Source: Cystobasidiomycetes sp. EMM_F5 (lineage: Eukaryota). From it: a stretch of 64,000 nucleotides of DNA. Shown piece after piece: positions 1 to 12,760 of this stretch (its first letter is position 1; each line of letters opens with the position of its first letter). The notes below the pieces were generated by a model, which was given only the letters and a program-made list of their open reading frames with translations, did no database searches and was not told where the DNA came from. A program made the position numbers and the translations under genes. The stretch spans positions 372,001 through 436,000 of the forward strand of contig JBPGPT010000002.1 in assembly GCA_051047955.1 (NCBI GenBank), written 5' to 3'.

Positions 1-1062
1 CCATCAAGCCCTGAGCCTGTAGCCATCGACGACTAATCTCAAAGCCAGCGTAACCGGGGATACCAAAGATGAGGACACGGAGGTACTGCCCTGCCAAGTG
101 TGCGACTTCTGGATCTTGGCCTAGTGCCAATAAAAGGGATTCGCCGTTCCAGATGACGGCAAAAGCGGGTATGCATACCCAGAATGCGAGGTATGCCGTT
201 CTGAGCGCGTGTAAACTGGTCGTCTTTGGGCTAGTACTAGCGTACGCTTGACTGCATAGCGTGTCGAGCGCTGCGCACAGACCTTGTATTATGCTCAGTG
301 CGCATACGTTTGCAGTCATGGACCCCAGAGATGATGCTGCCAGTTGCGCTGTACCGAGATGGCCGACAGAAATGATGGTAGCCAGAAGTAGGGAGTATTC
401 GAGCAAATGTGTCAAGAAGATGGGAATCGTGTACCATAGTAAAATGACCACTTCCTGCGAGGTATAAAAGTAAGAGAACAAACACCGATACGTGATCGGT
501 ACAGGCTACACACCTTCTTTGCCCCGCCAGACCCTTGAAAGACCTTTTGAAGCGGTTTCGGTGTCAATGTCGCCGCCACCGACGGCCGCCTGCTCGACAG
601 CAGGGGCGTGTGTTCTGAAGATGGTACTCCGAGCCTGCTGTTGATGGACAATCGCGACTGTCGTCTTGTATTCGGAGCACTGAGCAGCCCGGACGACGCT
701 GTACTGCTCGCCAGCGCCTGACGCAGCAGGTTTCGATGCTCGGTTCCCACTACCGAACTCGGCTCGCCGTCGACGTAGCTTTCGGTATCGAGTGCTTCAT
801 CGTTGTCAAAGTCATCGTCGTCGTCCTCGTCTTCCTCCTCTGTCGGGGTCAGCCGCTCCTCGCCTACGATGAAGCTGTGGAGCGTCGATGGTCGCCTGCT
901 CCGGCTGCTCTTCCTTCGGTCCTCGAGACGCAGCCTGCGGTTTTCGTGCTCATCGCCAGCTGTGACGCGCTCTTCGCCCTCGATGGCAGTGAAGGCCTGC
1001 ACCAAGAACTGGTCTCGCGGCACAGAGCCCGAGTACGAGGTGCTCAGTCCGGCAAACTGCAT
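1..1062 (-). CDS. MATE-family multidrug/toxin efflux transporter, 5' part; runs off the window start
   Basis: Acidic, low-complexity N-terminus (ORF 412-1155), intron 455-513, then EVVILLWYTIPIFLTHLLEYSLLLATIISVGHLGTAQLAASSLGSMTANVCALSIIQGLCAALDTLCSQAY...LLALGQDPEVAHLAGQYLR...RRWLQAQG, which are typical fungal MATE motifs. Start ATG (1062) is inferred. Confidence 0.9.
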
Positions 1063-1462
1063 GGTGGGCTGGGAGGGTCCTGTCTTAAATCCAGCAAACG
1101 CAGACCAATTTGAACATTTGTCTTTCAGATTTCTCGCCGCTGCCGGATCGACCACGTGTAGACTATAGACTGCTTTTCAGATGATATTGGTGATATTTGA
1201 CACTGCAAAGCTGAGGGTATACCGCCTTGTCCGCTGATACTGACTGTCTTAGGCTGCCTACTCTTGTTGCTCTCGAGTGACGCGCACTATCGCAGGTTCC
1301 TTTGGTCACGTGCACAGAAACTCGCTCGGACCGAGCTGGGTCGCGATGTGCCAAGAGAGAGACTGTTCGGACAGACGGGCCAGGCTTATATACGGCGCTG
1401 AAGATGGCTGAGATGGTGCACTCTTTATTATTCTTCTCGTACTTTCCACATTCCCCTCCAGT

Positions 1463-2533
1463 ATGGCACTTCATCAGCGAAATCCAAATCCCAATAAAGT
1501 CGTAAAGACCCTGCGGAAAGCATACAATGCAGTCGGCTTCAACAAGGGCTACAATGCTATTTTAGCATTCATCTTTGGCGGAGCATGGTTCGGCTTCATC
1601 CTCGCTCGAGCTCAATACCTAAATGTCAATGGAGAAGCCAAATCATCCTACCGCAGCGGATCCGCTCCAGGCGAGTGGTACTGGTTCCGACAGGGCTACT
1701 ACAACATGGCCATACAGCTACACCTCTACACTGTCATTCCTTGCGGTCTTCTAGCCCTCGTGCAATTCGTACCCTACATCCGGCGGCGCTTTACAATTAT
1801 CCACCGCATCAACGGATACATTGTTTTGCTTCTCCTCCTTCTAGTCAACATCAGCGCACTCATGCTGGCGCGACGGGCATTTGGAGGAAGCCTAGCGACC
1901 CAGACTTTTGTCGGAATACTCGCAATCCTGACCACCGGAGGATCCCTTCTCGCATGGCTCAACATTCGCCGTCTGCAGATTGATCAACACCGAGCTTGGA
2001 TGCTACGTGTCTGGTTTTACATCGGCACAGTCATCACTCAACGTCTCATCATGATTCTCATTGCCACACTCATCAGCAAGATTGGGTCGTACTACCAAAG
2101 CCTGCCGTGCGAACAAGTAGCGTTTACAAAGCAAGCCGATGCACTGGCGAGTGCTGCCTGTGTCGCAGATCCAACAGGTCAGGGATCGTTCAGAGCGACG
2201 TTTGGTCAACCAGGAATGACTACAGCTGGCATCATGGCAGCTTTTCAATTATCGTTTGGGGCTGCCGGGTGGTTGGCTCTACTACTCCACGCCATAGGCA
2301 TCGAAGTATACTTACGCCTCACTCCGGCCGAGAATGAGCGCCTACGACAAGTCTCGCTACAACGTCAGACGGAGAAGGGTTTTGCGCGAGCAGGAAGCGC
2401 AGGTTTGACGGCAGACCGATTAGGGGATAGCGAGCCATGGCGGCCAAGAATCGATGAGAAGACTGTCGAACAGTCAAAGTCGATAGATGACGAAGGTGAA
2501 GTGAAGGGTGAACCGCAACAAGTCGAATGTTAG
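1463..2533 (+). CDS. DUF2306-type multi-pass membrane protein, intronless
   Basis: 356-aa ORF with several hydrophobic helices and the motifs IHRINGY and IDQHRAWMLR, as in fungal DUF2306 proteins. Confidence 0.75.
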   Translation: MALHQRNPNPNKVVKTLRKAYNAVGFNKGYNAILAFIFGGAWFGFILARAQYLNVNGEAKSSYRSGSAPGEWYWFRQGYYNMAIQLHLYTVIPCGLLALVQFVPYIRRRFTIIHRINGYIVLLLLLLVNISALMLARRAFGGSLATQTFVGILAILTTGGSLLAWLNIRRLQIDQHRAWMLRVWFYIGTVITQRLIMILIATLISKIGSYYQSLPCEQVAFTKQADALASAACVADPTGQGSFRATFGQPGMTTAGIMAAFQLSFGAAGWLALLLHAIGIEVYLRLTPAENERLRQVSLQRQTEKGFARAGSAGLTADRLGDSEPWRPRIDEKTVEQSKSIDDEGEVKGEPQQVEC

Positions 2534-2709
2534 CTAGTGTTAGTAGATCAACGTCGCAGCAGTCACGAGCGTCGGAAAAATTTGCATGTAGCATTATGCA
2601 GTCACAAAGGGGATGTGTGCGTTACTAGCATGGTAGAGCAACAATAGGTACTAAAGGTAGACCAAAGGCACTGTCCGTTGAACACCGCAAAATTACATCG
2701 GCCGATAGG

Positions 2710-3999
2710 TCAGAAGCCCTGCTTCAAGTCTCAGCTTGCAGCGTCCCTTTTCCAGAACCTCGGACGTGTCCTCACCTTGTCGGCAGCTCCGCACTGGCCA
2801 ATCGGAGTGAAATAGTACGTGTGATCAGACGTGGAGCTGCCGGTCCCAAGGCATGTTGTGCTGTTTTGGCAGCCTTGTCAGCCCATGTTATGATACTGTA
2901 CGTCAAAGACGACAAACTTCTCGTTATTTCCGTAGCAATTTGTGAGCCACTGAGTCTTGTCGCCAGTGATGTGGACTGTGCGTGATTGTATTTCGATCAG
3001 ATAGGCAACTGACGAGATTTGCAAGGTGTACCTACCCTTGCTACCGACGTGATAATAGTCATAGCTGAGCTTGACTTGCTGTACGGTAGCATCGTTGCGA
3101 GCAACGAGGGATTGGCCGGCCAAGACTTGGAAGAGATTGTCGTAGCGGACAACGGAAGCGTAGTTGAATGCGCGTGGCATTCCTTGACTGTCGAAGACAT
3201 TGTCATCAGCTTTATAGTTTGTACTGACCGCGCACTCTCGAGGCTTACTTGTGGCTATAGTGAACGAGACCGCGAGCGCCCAGATCAAGACCTGCAAGAG
3301 CCGCAACAGCGCCGCCAACGCCATGGCCTGTTACAGAAAAGAGGAGACCGGTATCCTTTACGGCCTGCTTGGCGATTGCGAAGTCATTTGTAGCCTTCTT
3401 TGCGAGCATGTAAAGGTCGTACACGCCCTTTGCGACTTTGCAACCAGAGCAGCCGCTAACGAGGCCTTCGATGGAAACGGGCGTGTAATTAAGTCCAGTC
3501 AAAGAGTTTCCTTTGAATACAATCACAATCTTCTGCATCTCAGGGATTTTTGCGATGTAACCTGCTTGTCCGTAAGGGTTTCCAGATACGCTGAAGGATT
3601 GGAGGACGGTAAAGCCTCTGAGGAAGGTTTTTGGGCAGAGTGTAGTATAGTCTCCATATGCAGACATGCTGAGGTAGGCATGAAAGCGGGCATGATCCTG
3701 TTGAGCTGGGCGGCGGGACACGTTTAGGCCTGGTCGGCACATCTGACAGTTCTGAACTCACTTGGGTCCTGCTTCCACCATGTCCCGGCATTGAGATAAG
3801 CCCAATCTGGATGGTCGGGCTGGATAATGTGTCAGCACACAGACCCTCCGTGCTTTCGGGCAAGCGATTCACACACCGTGTTCCAAGCGGTCCCTCTGGC
3901 AGCCAAGGACTGATCCGCTCTCCGCATTTCAGCATGGCTGTTGCCTGCAATAATCAGAGGAATACATGCTAGCAGAGAGGCGGAGATGGAAACGAGCAT
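2710..3999 (-). CDS. Secreted class-3 (Rhizomucor/Thermomyces-type) lipase-fold protein, probably catalytically inactive
   Basis: Signal peptide MLVSISASLLACIPLIIAG. Spliced exons give IVIVFKG, GCSGCKVAKG, VTGHGVGGAVA, QGMPRAFN, RNDATV, YYHVG, DHTYYF...GF*. Stop TGA at 2710-2712. Confidence 0.8.
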
Positions 4000-4400
4000 T
4001 GTGTTATAGCGGAATAGGGGACGAGCGTGTAAGGATTGTGAGCGTGAATGAGCGTGAGGCTGGCAAAGGCAGCGAGTGCGGCAGTGGAGTATCAGTAGTG
4101 CTGATTTGGTTGTCTGTAAGTCTGAAGTGCAAGCAGGCAAGGCTGTGTCGCTGTTTGTATCGACATCTTCGGAGCCCTGTGATCGTTCAACGCGCAAAGG
4201 TCAGCTGGTGACCAAACATGACGCGTAAAGTGAACGCGAAAGGGTCGATATCATCGTGCTTTTCCACGTTGTTGTGGAACGACATTGTTGTATGGACGAG
4301 TTGGCCGATATTCAAGTCGCATAAGTCCTACTGGAGACAACGACAAGGTAAAGAAGAAAGAAAGCTGTACAGCCGTTTCTGAATCCGACACTGCTTCTTA

Positions 4401-6486
4401 TTACTCCATTTCTTCCTGATTCAAGTACTCCAGTTCAAACATGCTCTCATCGAACGTGTTTGGCTCGTAACCTCCGAAATTGTTGTTGAAGAGGTAGGCA
4501 TCGTCATTGTCTCCGAATTGGCTGCCATCCCGGCTTGGCTGACCTAGTTCCTGTTGAGTGGGATCTTCTGCGCCGTGAGCAGCCAACACAGCCTGAGGGA
4601 AGGGTTGCGAGAATTGCTGCTTCCCATCTTGCGGTTGCTGAAGGTCAGGGTAGGACTGCTCAGGCTGTGGATACTGTGCCGTCAAGTGAGCTTTTTGCTG
4701 ATACGCAATTTGCTGGGCAGCGTTCGTGTGCTGCGCGCTCTGTGCATTTGGCATCGCATTTCCATTTGGCTGACCCTCCTGCGCTGATTCAGCGGATGTG
4801 TTGCGGAAAGTGTTCCCGTGTTCCCCAGCTCCGTAGCCAGAGTCTGGCGGCTGGACCAGCGGTATAGATGGCTTGCGCTCCAGCTCTTGACTCAAGACTA
4901 GCTGATACTGCTCGTCTCTCGTCTTTTGCAATCTCGCCTGCTCTTGCAATATTTGCTCCTTGACAACGGCTTCTTCCGCCGCCCTTTTCGCCGCCTCTTC
5001 CGCTTCAACCGCTTCCCTTCTCCGACGTTCTTCCTCTTCCACAGCAGCCGCTGCTTCTTCTACAGCTTGACGACGCAGTGCAGCGGCTTGCAGAGCAGAC
5101 TCTTGCATTTCTGCCAGCGGCATCATCTGTGGCAAAGGCGCCAAAAGGGCGGTATACTCTGGACTACTCGCTTTAGCACGGAGCGATGCGGAAGTCGGCC
5201 CGTCTCGGAGCTTCTTGATATCTGCTTCCAACATTGCAATTTGTTGTTTTATATCCACCAAGTCGAGCATAGGCGGCGCTTTCCATCCCGTCAGCAATTC
5301 CGTCGTCGTGACAGCATCGAAGACAGGCGCAACGGCAGCGTGATTCCGTTCATACCGCAGTCCAGCATACGATCTCTGAGACAGAGTGTCGCGCGAATCA
5401 CTGAACGGAACAGGAAAGCTAAAATGTCCTGCAAGCAGACGGAGCTGCGCTATCTGCTGCTGCTGAGCCAATGCCATCGCAGCAGCTTGAGCCTGAGTTT
5501 GCTGTGTACTGGCTTGTGATTGCCCTGCTGGTGTTGCAAGTTGAGCCTGGCCTGCTGAAGTAGCTTGCGCAGCTGCATTCGCAGCGGCCTGTGCTTGACG
5601 TTGTTGAGCTTCAAACTGTGCAAGAAGTGCTGGCGGCATTGACGCCCTGACAGAAGCTGGCGGCATCTGACCGGGTGCAACGATTGGTCGCGAGCCTGGT
5701 GGGAAGGTCTGAGGCGGCTGTATGACAGTCTGCGCTTGAGCGACCGGTCCGTCCTGAGTAGGAGGACGCATAGGACCGCCTTGCAATTGCATACCAGGCG
5801 GCGGAGATCCCTGCATTTGGCGTTGGACCTGCTGATGTTGCGGTGGTTGCGGTGCCGAAAGTTGGCGCAATGGGTACACTAACGGAGTGTCGACCGGCGG
5901 GAAAGGATAACGACGAATGACTTCTCGTTCCCATCCTGGTGGCGCGCGGACATCGACCTGTGGATCCCTGCCCCAATGAACAAGACATAGATTCGGATGT
6001 CCCACTCCGGGTGGCCCGAGGATACGCCATCTGATGCGGAAACGGGCGAGGTTGAGTTCGGGTGTATCGAGGGAGAGTGGGACATTTGGGTTTGCAGGAG
6101 GATACATCCCCTGTGCAACTACGGCAGTCTCGAGATCAACGACTTGATTGTTGGGAAGTGTGAATGGCGAACGCTTATGCGATTCTGCATTCTGAGCGTA
6201 TCGGATACCATCCCCGGGCCAGACTGGGCGGCTTGGATCATGGAAGACTACCATTGATGTACCGGCTGATGTACATTGCAGTGAAGAAGCAAGCTTTTAA
6301 TAAAAGCTAGCAATGCGAGATTGACGCTCGCGCACCTCTAGGCTTGTCGACGAATGACCACTGAAACGCAGTATCGTGCATTGATCCTGCAATGCGCAAA
6401 AGGGACTCTACGGCCACTGTTGTCGTCGGCGGGATGGGCGACTCCTTCATCGTGAGGGCCGCTCGAAGGTAGAGGTCCTGGTTCAT
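4401..6486 (-). CDS. SSR4: SWI/SNF-RSC subunit Ssr4-like protein with Q/P-rich low-complexity regions
   Basis: Exon 1 MNQDLYLR...FQWSFVDKP joins ORF 4401-6254. Motifs WPGDGIRY, RWRI..LCLVHW and DTLSQRSYAGLRYERNH resemble the Ssr4 N- and C-terminal domains. Confidence 0.7.
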
Positions 6487-6864
6487 CTTTGCGGCTAATC
6501 ATAGGTTGCAGACGTTGTCGCAGTATGGGTGTTGAGATTATGGTCTATGTTATCCGGAAGCCAAAGGCAGATAGCGACGAGACGACAGCGAGCACGCTGA
6601 CTGACTGGCGATATTGCTGCAGGATGTCGAGGCCATTCCAGAGCACTTGCATATGTTGGAGGAAATTGAACCACTAGCCTGCCAGTTGTTGTACTTTACG
6701 CTGCGCTGATTTGGCTCCGCAAGTGCTTGATTGCCCTTGGAGCGGGTTTACTTCTTGAGTTCAACCCAAATCACGGCAAATCTGTCAGGTGAGGCGCACT
6801 GAGCCTGGCAGCTGCTGCAGACCGTCGACACAACAGTCTGATACCGTAAACTGCGCCGCCCAGA

Positions 6865-7597
6865 ATGCTGTCGCTCGCTCGCAGGTCTCTTTTCGCAAGG
6901 CAGACATTGGCTGCCCTGCCAAAACGATCCATCTCCGTTTCAGCTTTCCGAAAGGCTGGCGGGATTCCAGTGGTGATTGGAGAGGGCGCTAAAGTGGGTA
7001 GCAAGTCTATGTTGTCCCGAGTCTGCACCGCTAATCTCGCGCCTTCCAGACCGGAACAGTCCCTACCGACTTTGAGCAGGTGAGACTCGAGGGACGAAGC
7101 GGGTTATCAACTACAGTCTCACTCGTACTTGTTCGAACAGGCTACCGGTCTCGAGCGAATGGAGTTGCTGGCAAAGATGAAGGGCGAGGACCCATTCCAC
7201 ATGGAACCGCTCGACGTTCCTCATATGGGCACCCTGAAGAACCCCATCAAGGTGGGCTGTGACTGTGCAATATATATAACCTCATTTGCTCAATACGCTC
7301 GGCATCTAGGTCTTCTCGCTCGATACATGGCGAATCGTTGGATGCACTGGCTTCCCAATCGACTCCCACGATACCCTATACGGCAAGGTCACAACGGACA
7401 AGGGTCATCGGTACGTCTTCTCTCCATATTGTGTAGTAACTCACGTGTCCTGATCGTTTCCTGTCCCACCCGCTCAGTTGCCCGGAATGCGGATGCTGCT
7501 ACGCTATTGATTGTAAGCGGATCCGCATCTTTGACTACTTGTTAGCTGACCATCTATGTCTATAGTCCAGGGCGACCCGCACGCTGCCCACCATTAG
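6865..7597 (+). CDS. COX4: Cytochrome c oxidase subunit IV (yeast Cox4 / mammalian Vb), 6 exons
   Basis: Mitochondrial presequence, then TVPTDFEQATGLERMEL, GTLKNPIKV, RIVGCTGFPIDSHD and HRCPECGC (zinc ligands). Confidence 0.93.
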
Positions 7598-7881
7598 TTG
7601 AACAACTTGTTGTTTAGATGGATATTTTCGGTTAGATGCCGAAGTGACTGAATTGCAATCTAAAATATCCCTACATTCGCCCATTGCATTGTATGTTCGC
7701 TTGTCCATGTGTTGCATGGAGGTCGTGATTGTACGGCACCACATCTCGAAGTTTTCAGATTCAATGCATTGCGGGGAAAATGCAGAAACGGCGGACCCCG
7801 TTAGTAATGCAAACAACGATACTGATATAGATAATAATACACTGTACTACATGCTATATGTGCGTCATCATCATCGTTGTC

Positions 7882-10800
7882 TTAAACCTTAACATCCGCC
7901 ATGACGGAGTTGTCGTAGAATGCCTTGCCCTCAGTAGTTTCGGCAATAACGCCCGTTCGGATGCACCAATCACCAAAGTGCTCGCCGTCCAGTCTTGTCT
8001 TTGCATAGTTTGGTATTAATCCGCCGAGTATTTGTAGGATTTCCGCTTCATTGACCGATTCTCGGAAAGGTTTGCTCAGGCGTTGACCATGATAGCCTCC
8101 GCCAAGCATCATCATGTACTGTCCGGCGCTCTTACCGACAAAACTAGCCTCAGCCAACCACGGGCCTGCTCTCGTAGCACCATTGTGAGCCAATTGGCGA
8201 AAGAATGAAGTCAGTAGCAAGATTTGCACGTTTATTGGGGTGTGACTCACGTGCGCAGCCGTTAGGACATCCCGTCATTCGCATGACGATACTATTATTG
8301 CGCAAACCACTCTCCTCCATTATTTTCTCGACCTTGTCAATCAGTGTGGGCAGATATCGCTCAGATTCAGCCATCGCCAGGCCGCAAGTAGGGAAAGCGA
8401 CCTAATTCGAAATCGTGAGCAGTGAAGTTGCACAGTACTGCCTCTCCACTTACACATGCACTGCTCGATAGGCGCAAGCCTGAAAAGTCGACATTGTCTA
8501 ATTTGTATTTTCTCAGTAAGTTGTCGATGGTGGCGACTTCCTCCGGCGGGATCTCGGAAATAGTCAGATGCTGGTTTGCAGTGAGTCTGAAAGTGCCCTT
8601 GTGTACTTTAGCAATCTCCTTGAGGGCTGTCTTGAATTCCTTGCCAGGCTCATCGCATACTCGGCCGTTCTCGATAAAGCAGGTGAAGTGTTTCTTGCCA
8701 TCATGACCGGTTTGCCAGCCGAAGGTATCAGTGTTGCTCTCGAAAGTATACGGTCTTTGCGCCTCTAACTTGAAATTGAGCCGATCCTCGACGGCCTGCT
8801 TGAATCCTTCGACCGTCATATCGTCAACGGTGTACTTGAGCCGGGCGTGCTTTCGGTTGGTGCGGTCACCGTGATCACGCTGCACGAGCATGACCTTTTC
8901 GCAAACGTCTACGATTTTATCCACCGATGCGTAACCAATCACGCTGCCGAGCCGTGGGTATGTCTTCTTCATCGAGTGCGTCACGCCCATGCCACCACCG
9001 ACAGCGACATTGAAGCCTTGCAGGTGGCCGTCTGGAGATTCGATGGCAATAAGACCGATATCGCTGTAGGGTGTGGGATGATAATCAGTGTGCGATGATA
9101 AGGTGGAAATGTGATAGCTCACTGTGCGAAACAGTCGGTATCGTTGTAGGGAGGAACAGCAATTGCAATCTTGAACTTGCGTGGAAGGTAGTATTCGCCG
9201 TACAGAGGCTCGAAATCTTTGACGGCATCACCCGCAACCATCTTCTTATCGAGCCAGATCTCTGCATACGCGTTCGTACGTGGCATCAGATGCTCCGAGA
9301 TTCGTTTGGCGTACTCTGCGACTTCAGCGTGCACTGGTCCGAGTGTAGGATTGGATGAGCACATCACGTTCCTATTGACATCTCCGCAGGCGGCGATGGT
9401 GTCGAGCATGGCTTTGTTGATCTCCTGAATAGCTGGCTTGAGATTGGCTTTGATGATACCGTGGAACTGGAATGTTTGACGAGTAGTGAGCTTGAAAGTA
9501 TGATTGCCCCGCGTGTCGGAGATGTTGTCGATCTGCAGCCATTGCTCGGGACTGCATACACCAGCCGGCATACGAACACGAACCATGAACGAGTAAGCAG
9601 GCTCGAGACCTTGTGCTTGACGCTCTTCTCGAATATCGCGATCATCCTGGCCGTAGATGCCGTGGAACTTGGTAAGCTGCCCGTCGCTCTCGGAAATGCA
9701 GCCAGTGCTAGTGTCTGCCAATCCTTCCTTGATAGTACCTCTGAGATAATTGGAAGCAATCTTGATATGCTCGTTGGTGATGGGCTCTGGCTCCGCTTCT
9801 GTGACTTCGACATTGGCAACACCCAATGCAGCCCAGACTTTGCCCTCCCAGATTTTATATCCAGTCATGTAGCCGTCAGAGTCTTGATCGTCACCCAGAC
9901 CAACCTCGTCGACCAATCGATTTAATGAAAGATCCTGTCCGAGTTTCTTGTCCAAGTCTTTCGCAGGCTTGTTGTAGTAGCCTGCATCTTCCGGTCTTGG
10001 CCAATAGTGTGAGTCACCGAGACCGAAGACTGCAAACTTGATGAGCGCCCACGCGCCATCTGAACCATTCGGGCTGTTCTCTCCTCCCGCTTGCGTAGCT
10101 TGCAGGGTCTTCCAGAATTGCCTGCCGTTCAGAGGAAATTCTCCCTGACCGGCGACGGACGACATAAGGATGATGTTATCTTCCTTCTGCTCGCGCAACG
10201 TCTCGAAATTTTCTCCTGCAAACTCGTCCATGACCACAGCGCGGGCATTGACACCGCGAGCTGTAGCTCGTCCAACAAACTTGCGGGCGAGCTTTTCGGC
10301 TGTTCCACCATCGGATGCGTACAGAACCAGTACGCTTGGTCCGCTTGCAAGTGCGCCAGACAGGCGCTCGAACGCCTGTTTGGCTTTGCTTTGTCGCTCC
10401 TCGAGTGCCTTGGTACCGAGCGACTTGGCTGGAATATCATATGACGGCAACCTGTTTGACATCTGAGTGAGAAGGTTCTGTCTGTCTAGGAAGTCTGACA
10501 GATCCTTCTTGATGCGAACGGAATCCAGGCTGAACGCCTGAGCTTCTGGCTTGGTAGGATCGAACCTGTACAAGCCCCAGTAACCGGTCTCCATCGCTTT
10601 CTTAGTCGTCTTGAGTACTTCAAGCGCGGGCAAGCTGTCATCATCTCCACCAGGTAGGTACGCCATCACAACTGACGGGCCCTTGAACTTTTCAGCCTCG
10701 AGGAGAGCTTGGACGGTCTGCGAGTAGTTGCCATAGATGGCCACAGATGCTACATATGCGTTTCCGTAATTCAGTGCATATAATCCCACATCCTTCTTTC

Positions 10801-12286
10801 GCTGCCTGTTGGGAGGGGCAGGGTAGGGCGAGGTGTCGACAATGAGGATGTTGCAGTCGATACCGGTACTCAGAAGAGTCTGCAGACCGTTCAAGCCCGT
10901 ATCATATGACCAGGCATCGGAGCCGATGACCCAGTTCGCTTTGCCCTGTTCGCGCTTGGATGCCAGGAATTTACCGACGGCAAGGGACGGCGAAGGCGAC
11001 TTGAGGTCGTTGAGGACTTGCAAGCGATCAGTGAATGTCTGTGCGAGCAATTTGTGGTAGGATTCCTCATGCTTGGGCACAGAAAGTTCGCCATGCGGAT
11101 ATGACGGTGATGATGGCAATTGGCCAACAACAGTGGCTTGGGTCTTTGGCTTGCTGAACAAGCCTTCAATGATCTTTGCAGACTCAGGAGCGGTGTGCGT
11201 CCCGACTGCACCGAGGATGGCCGAAGAGATGACGGGAGTATTGGTTCGTGCTGGCTTGATTGGGTCTTGCTGTTGAGGTGCGTGGAAGGCGCTCAAAACG
11301 TCGAGGTAGAATGGCGCCCATTTTGTCGTGCGGGCATAAGCTTGCTCAAGGACGATCACAGAAGAGACGGATTCCGGAATGGAAGCTAGGAGTTGTGTAG
11401 TGTTGAATGGCCGCAGAAGCGAGACCTTCAGGAGGCCAATATCGGTCGAGTTTAATGCTGCATAGAGGCTATTTGTATACGCAGCGTTGCCGAGCGCTAC
11501 AATGAGCTTGCTGGGTGTTTGAGGCCCAGTATATCTCAAAGGCTTAAGGTCCAGCTTGTGCTGTTCTGCACGTGCGTACGTCTCCTCGAGAGCAGACTCT
11601 AGTGAATGGTGGAACGAGGGCAAATTGTCCTCATCTGGGTTGCCTGTCGTGTTGTCACCGTTGGCACCGGACATCTCGACATCGCCGTTCGTGTGTCCAT
11701 TCGCATGGCCATTGGTGGAAGCGTTGAAGCCATTGAGCTTGGTACCGTGAGCGAGGAAGATTTCAGATGCCGGCAGCGTAGAAGAGATATCTCTGGCATT
11801 CTCGTCTGCATCGAAAAAGTGCACGACCGGCCTTGACGCGGCAACGGCTAGCCTGCTTGCCAGGTAGACTGACTTCTGAGCTTCCTCCCCACTTGAAGAG
11901 TAGAGTACGACAACTCCAGAAGAACGCAGTACGTGTATGGGTGCATGATCCGAGTTTGTGGCAATGTGAAAGGCGATGGGGTAGGAAAGCAGGGCTTTGA
12001 AGCTGTCTGAAGCAATGAGCGATCCGAGGACTTGCGGATCAGACGAGGCCAGTAGAGAGATTGGCTTGCTCAAAGAAGCTCCCTTGAAAGTTGTAGCTTG
12101 TTCGTATTTCGCTGTTCGAAGAAGAATGTCGCACGCATCGGATGACAGAGCCGGTAGCCAGGAAGAAGTGGAGGATGATGGCAAGGATACAAAAGGGGAT
12201 GGGCGTAGTTCGATAGTCTGCAGGGATACCTTGCTGGCAAGCTTGCCAACCAAGCTCGCGGCCGTTATCGATGCTCCTACGGCCAT
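7882..12286 (-). CDS. MET5: Sulfite reductase beta (hemoprotein) subunit with PFOR-like and flavodoxin domains
   Basis: Flavodoxin motifs [10 protein letters not shown] and [40 protein letters not shown]; siroheme/FeS cysteines in ACVAFPTC and [10 protein letters not shown]. Confidence 0.95.
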
Positions 12287-12524
12287 CGTGTTTGTCGAAG
12301 CTTTTTGAAATGCAGACCTTCTTGACGAGAGAGCATTCATCAGCAGACTGCCACTTCTCCATGCAACCGTGTCCACTCACTATCGCAACTCCTGTAACGC
12401 TGCAAAGGACTTAGACAAATCCCAAGCAATTTGTTCCTTCAAGCTGACTGCAGGATCGTTTGCCACTTCGAGCCGCCGGAGGACGCGGAACTCTTGCAGA
12501 AGGCGCAATTGGGTGGGCGAATTG

Positions 12525-12534
12525 GTCACGTGAC
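12525..12534. promoter_or_regulatory. Perfect palindromic E-box GTCACGTGAC (Cbf1-type site) ~240 nt upstream of MET5
   Basis: Motif read directly. TCACGTG is the established Cbf1/Met4 element of yeast sulfur-assimilation promoters. Confidence 0.5.
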
Positions 12535-12760
12535 GTAGCAAAATTCTGAACACACCCAGGCAAGCGACGGCGGTTTGCGAGCAGGCAGGCAGCGACAATT
12601 GCAATGGCAGAAGTGCATGTTGCATTAGATTGACAACGAGCGAAAAAGCATCGCACAACACCGACATCGACGGTCTTCAAAGTCTGATCCGGGAGCGACC
12701 CCTCCCTGCTTGTCAATTACCATTCCAATTCTCCGCTTTCTTTAGCCGTCCGCTTGTCCC

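Noticed and set aside
4926..6030. Long plus-strand ORFs antisense to SSR4, and similar shadows over MET5, HMG1 and OMA1
   Set aside because: These are shadow ORFs from codon bias and low-complexity sequence on the coding strand, with no independent motifs.
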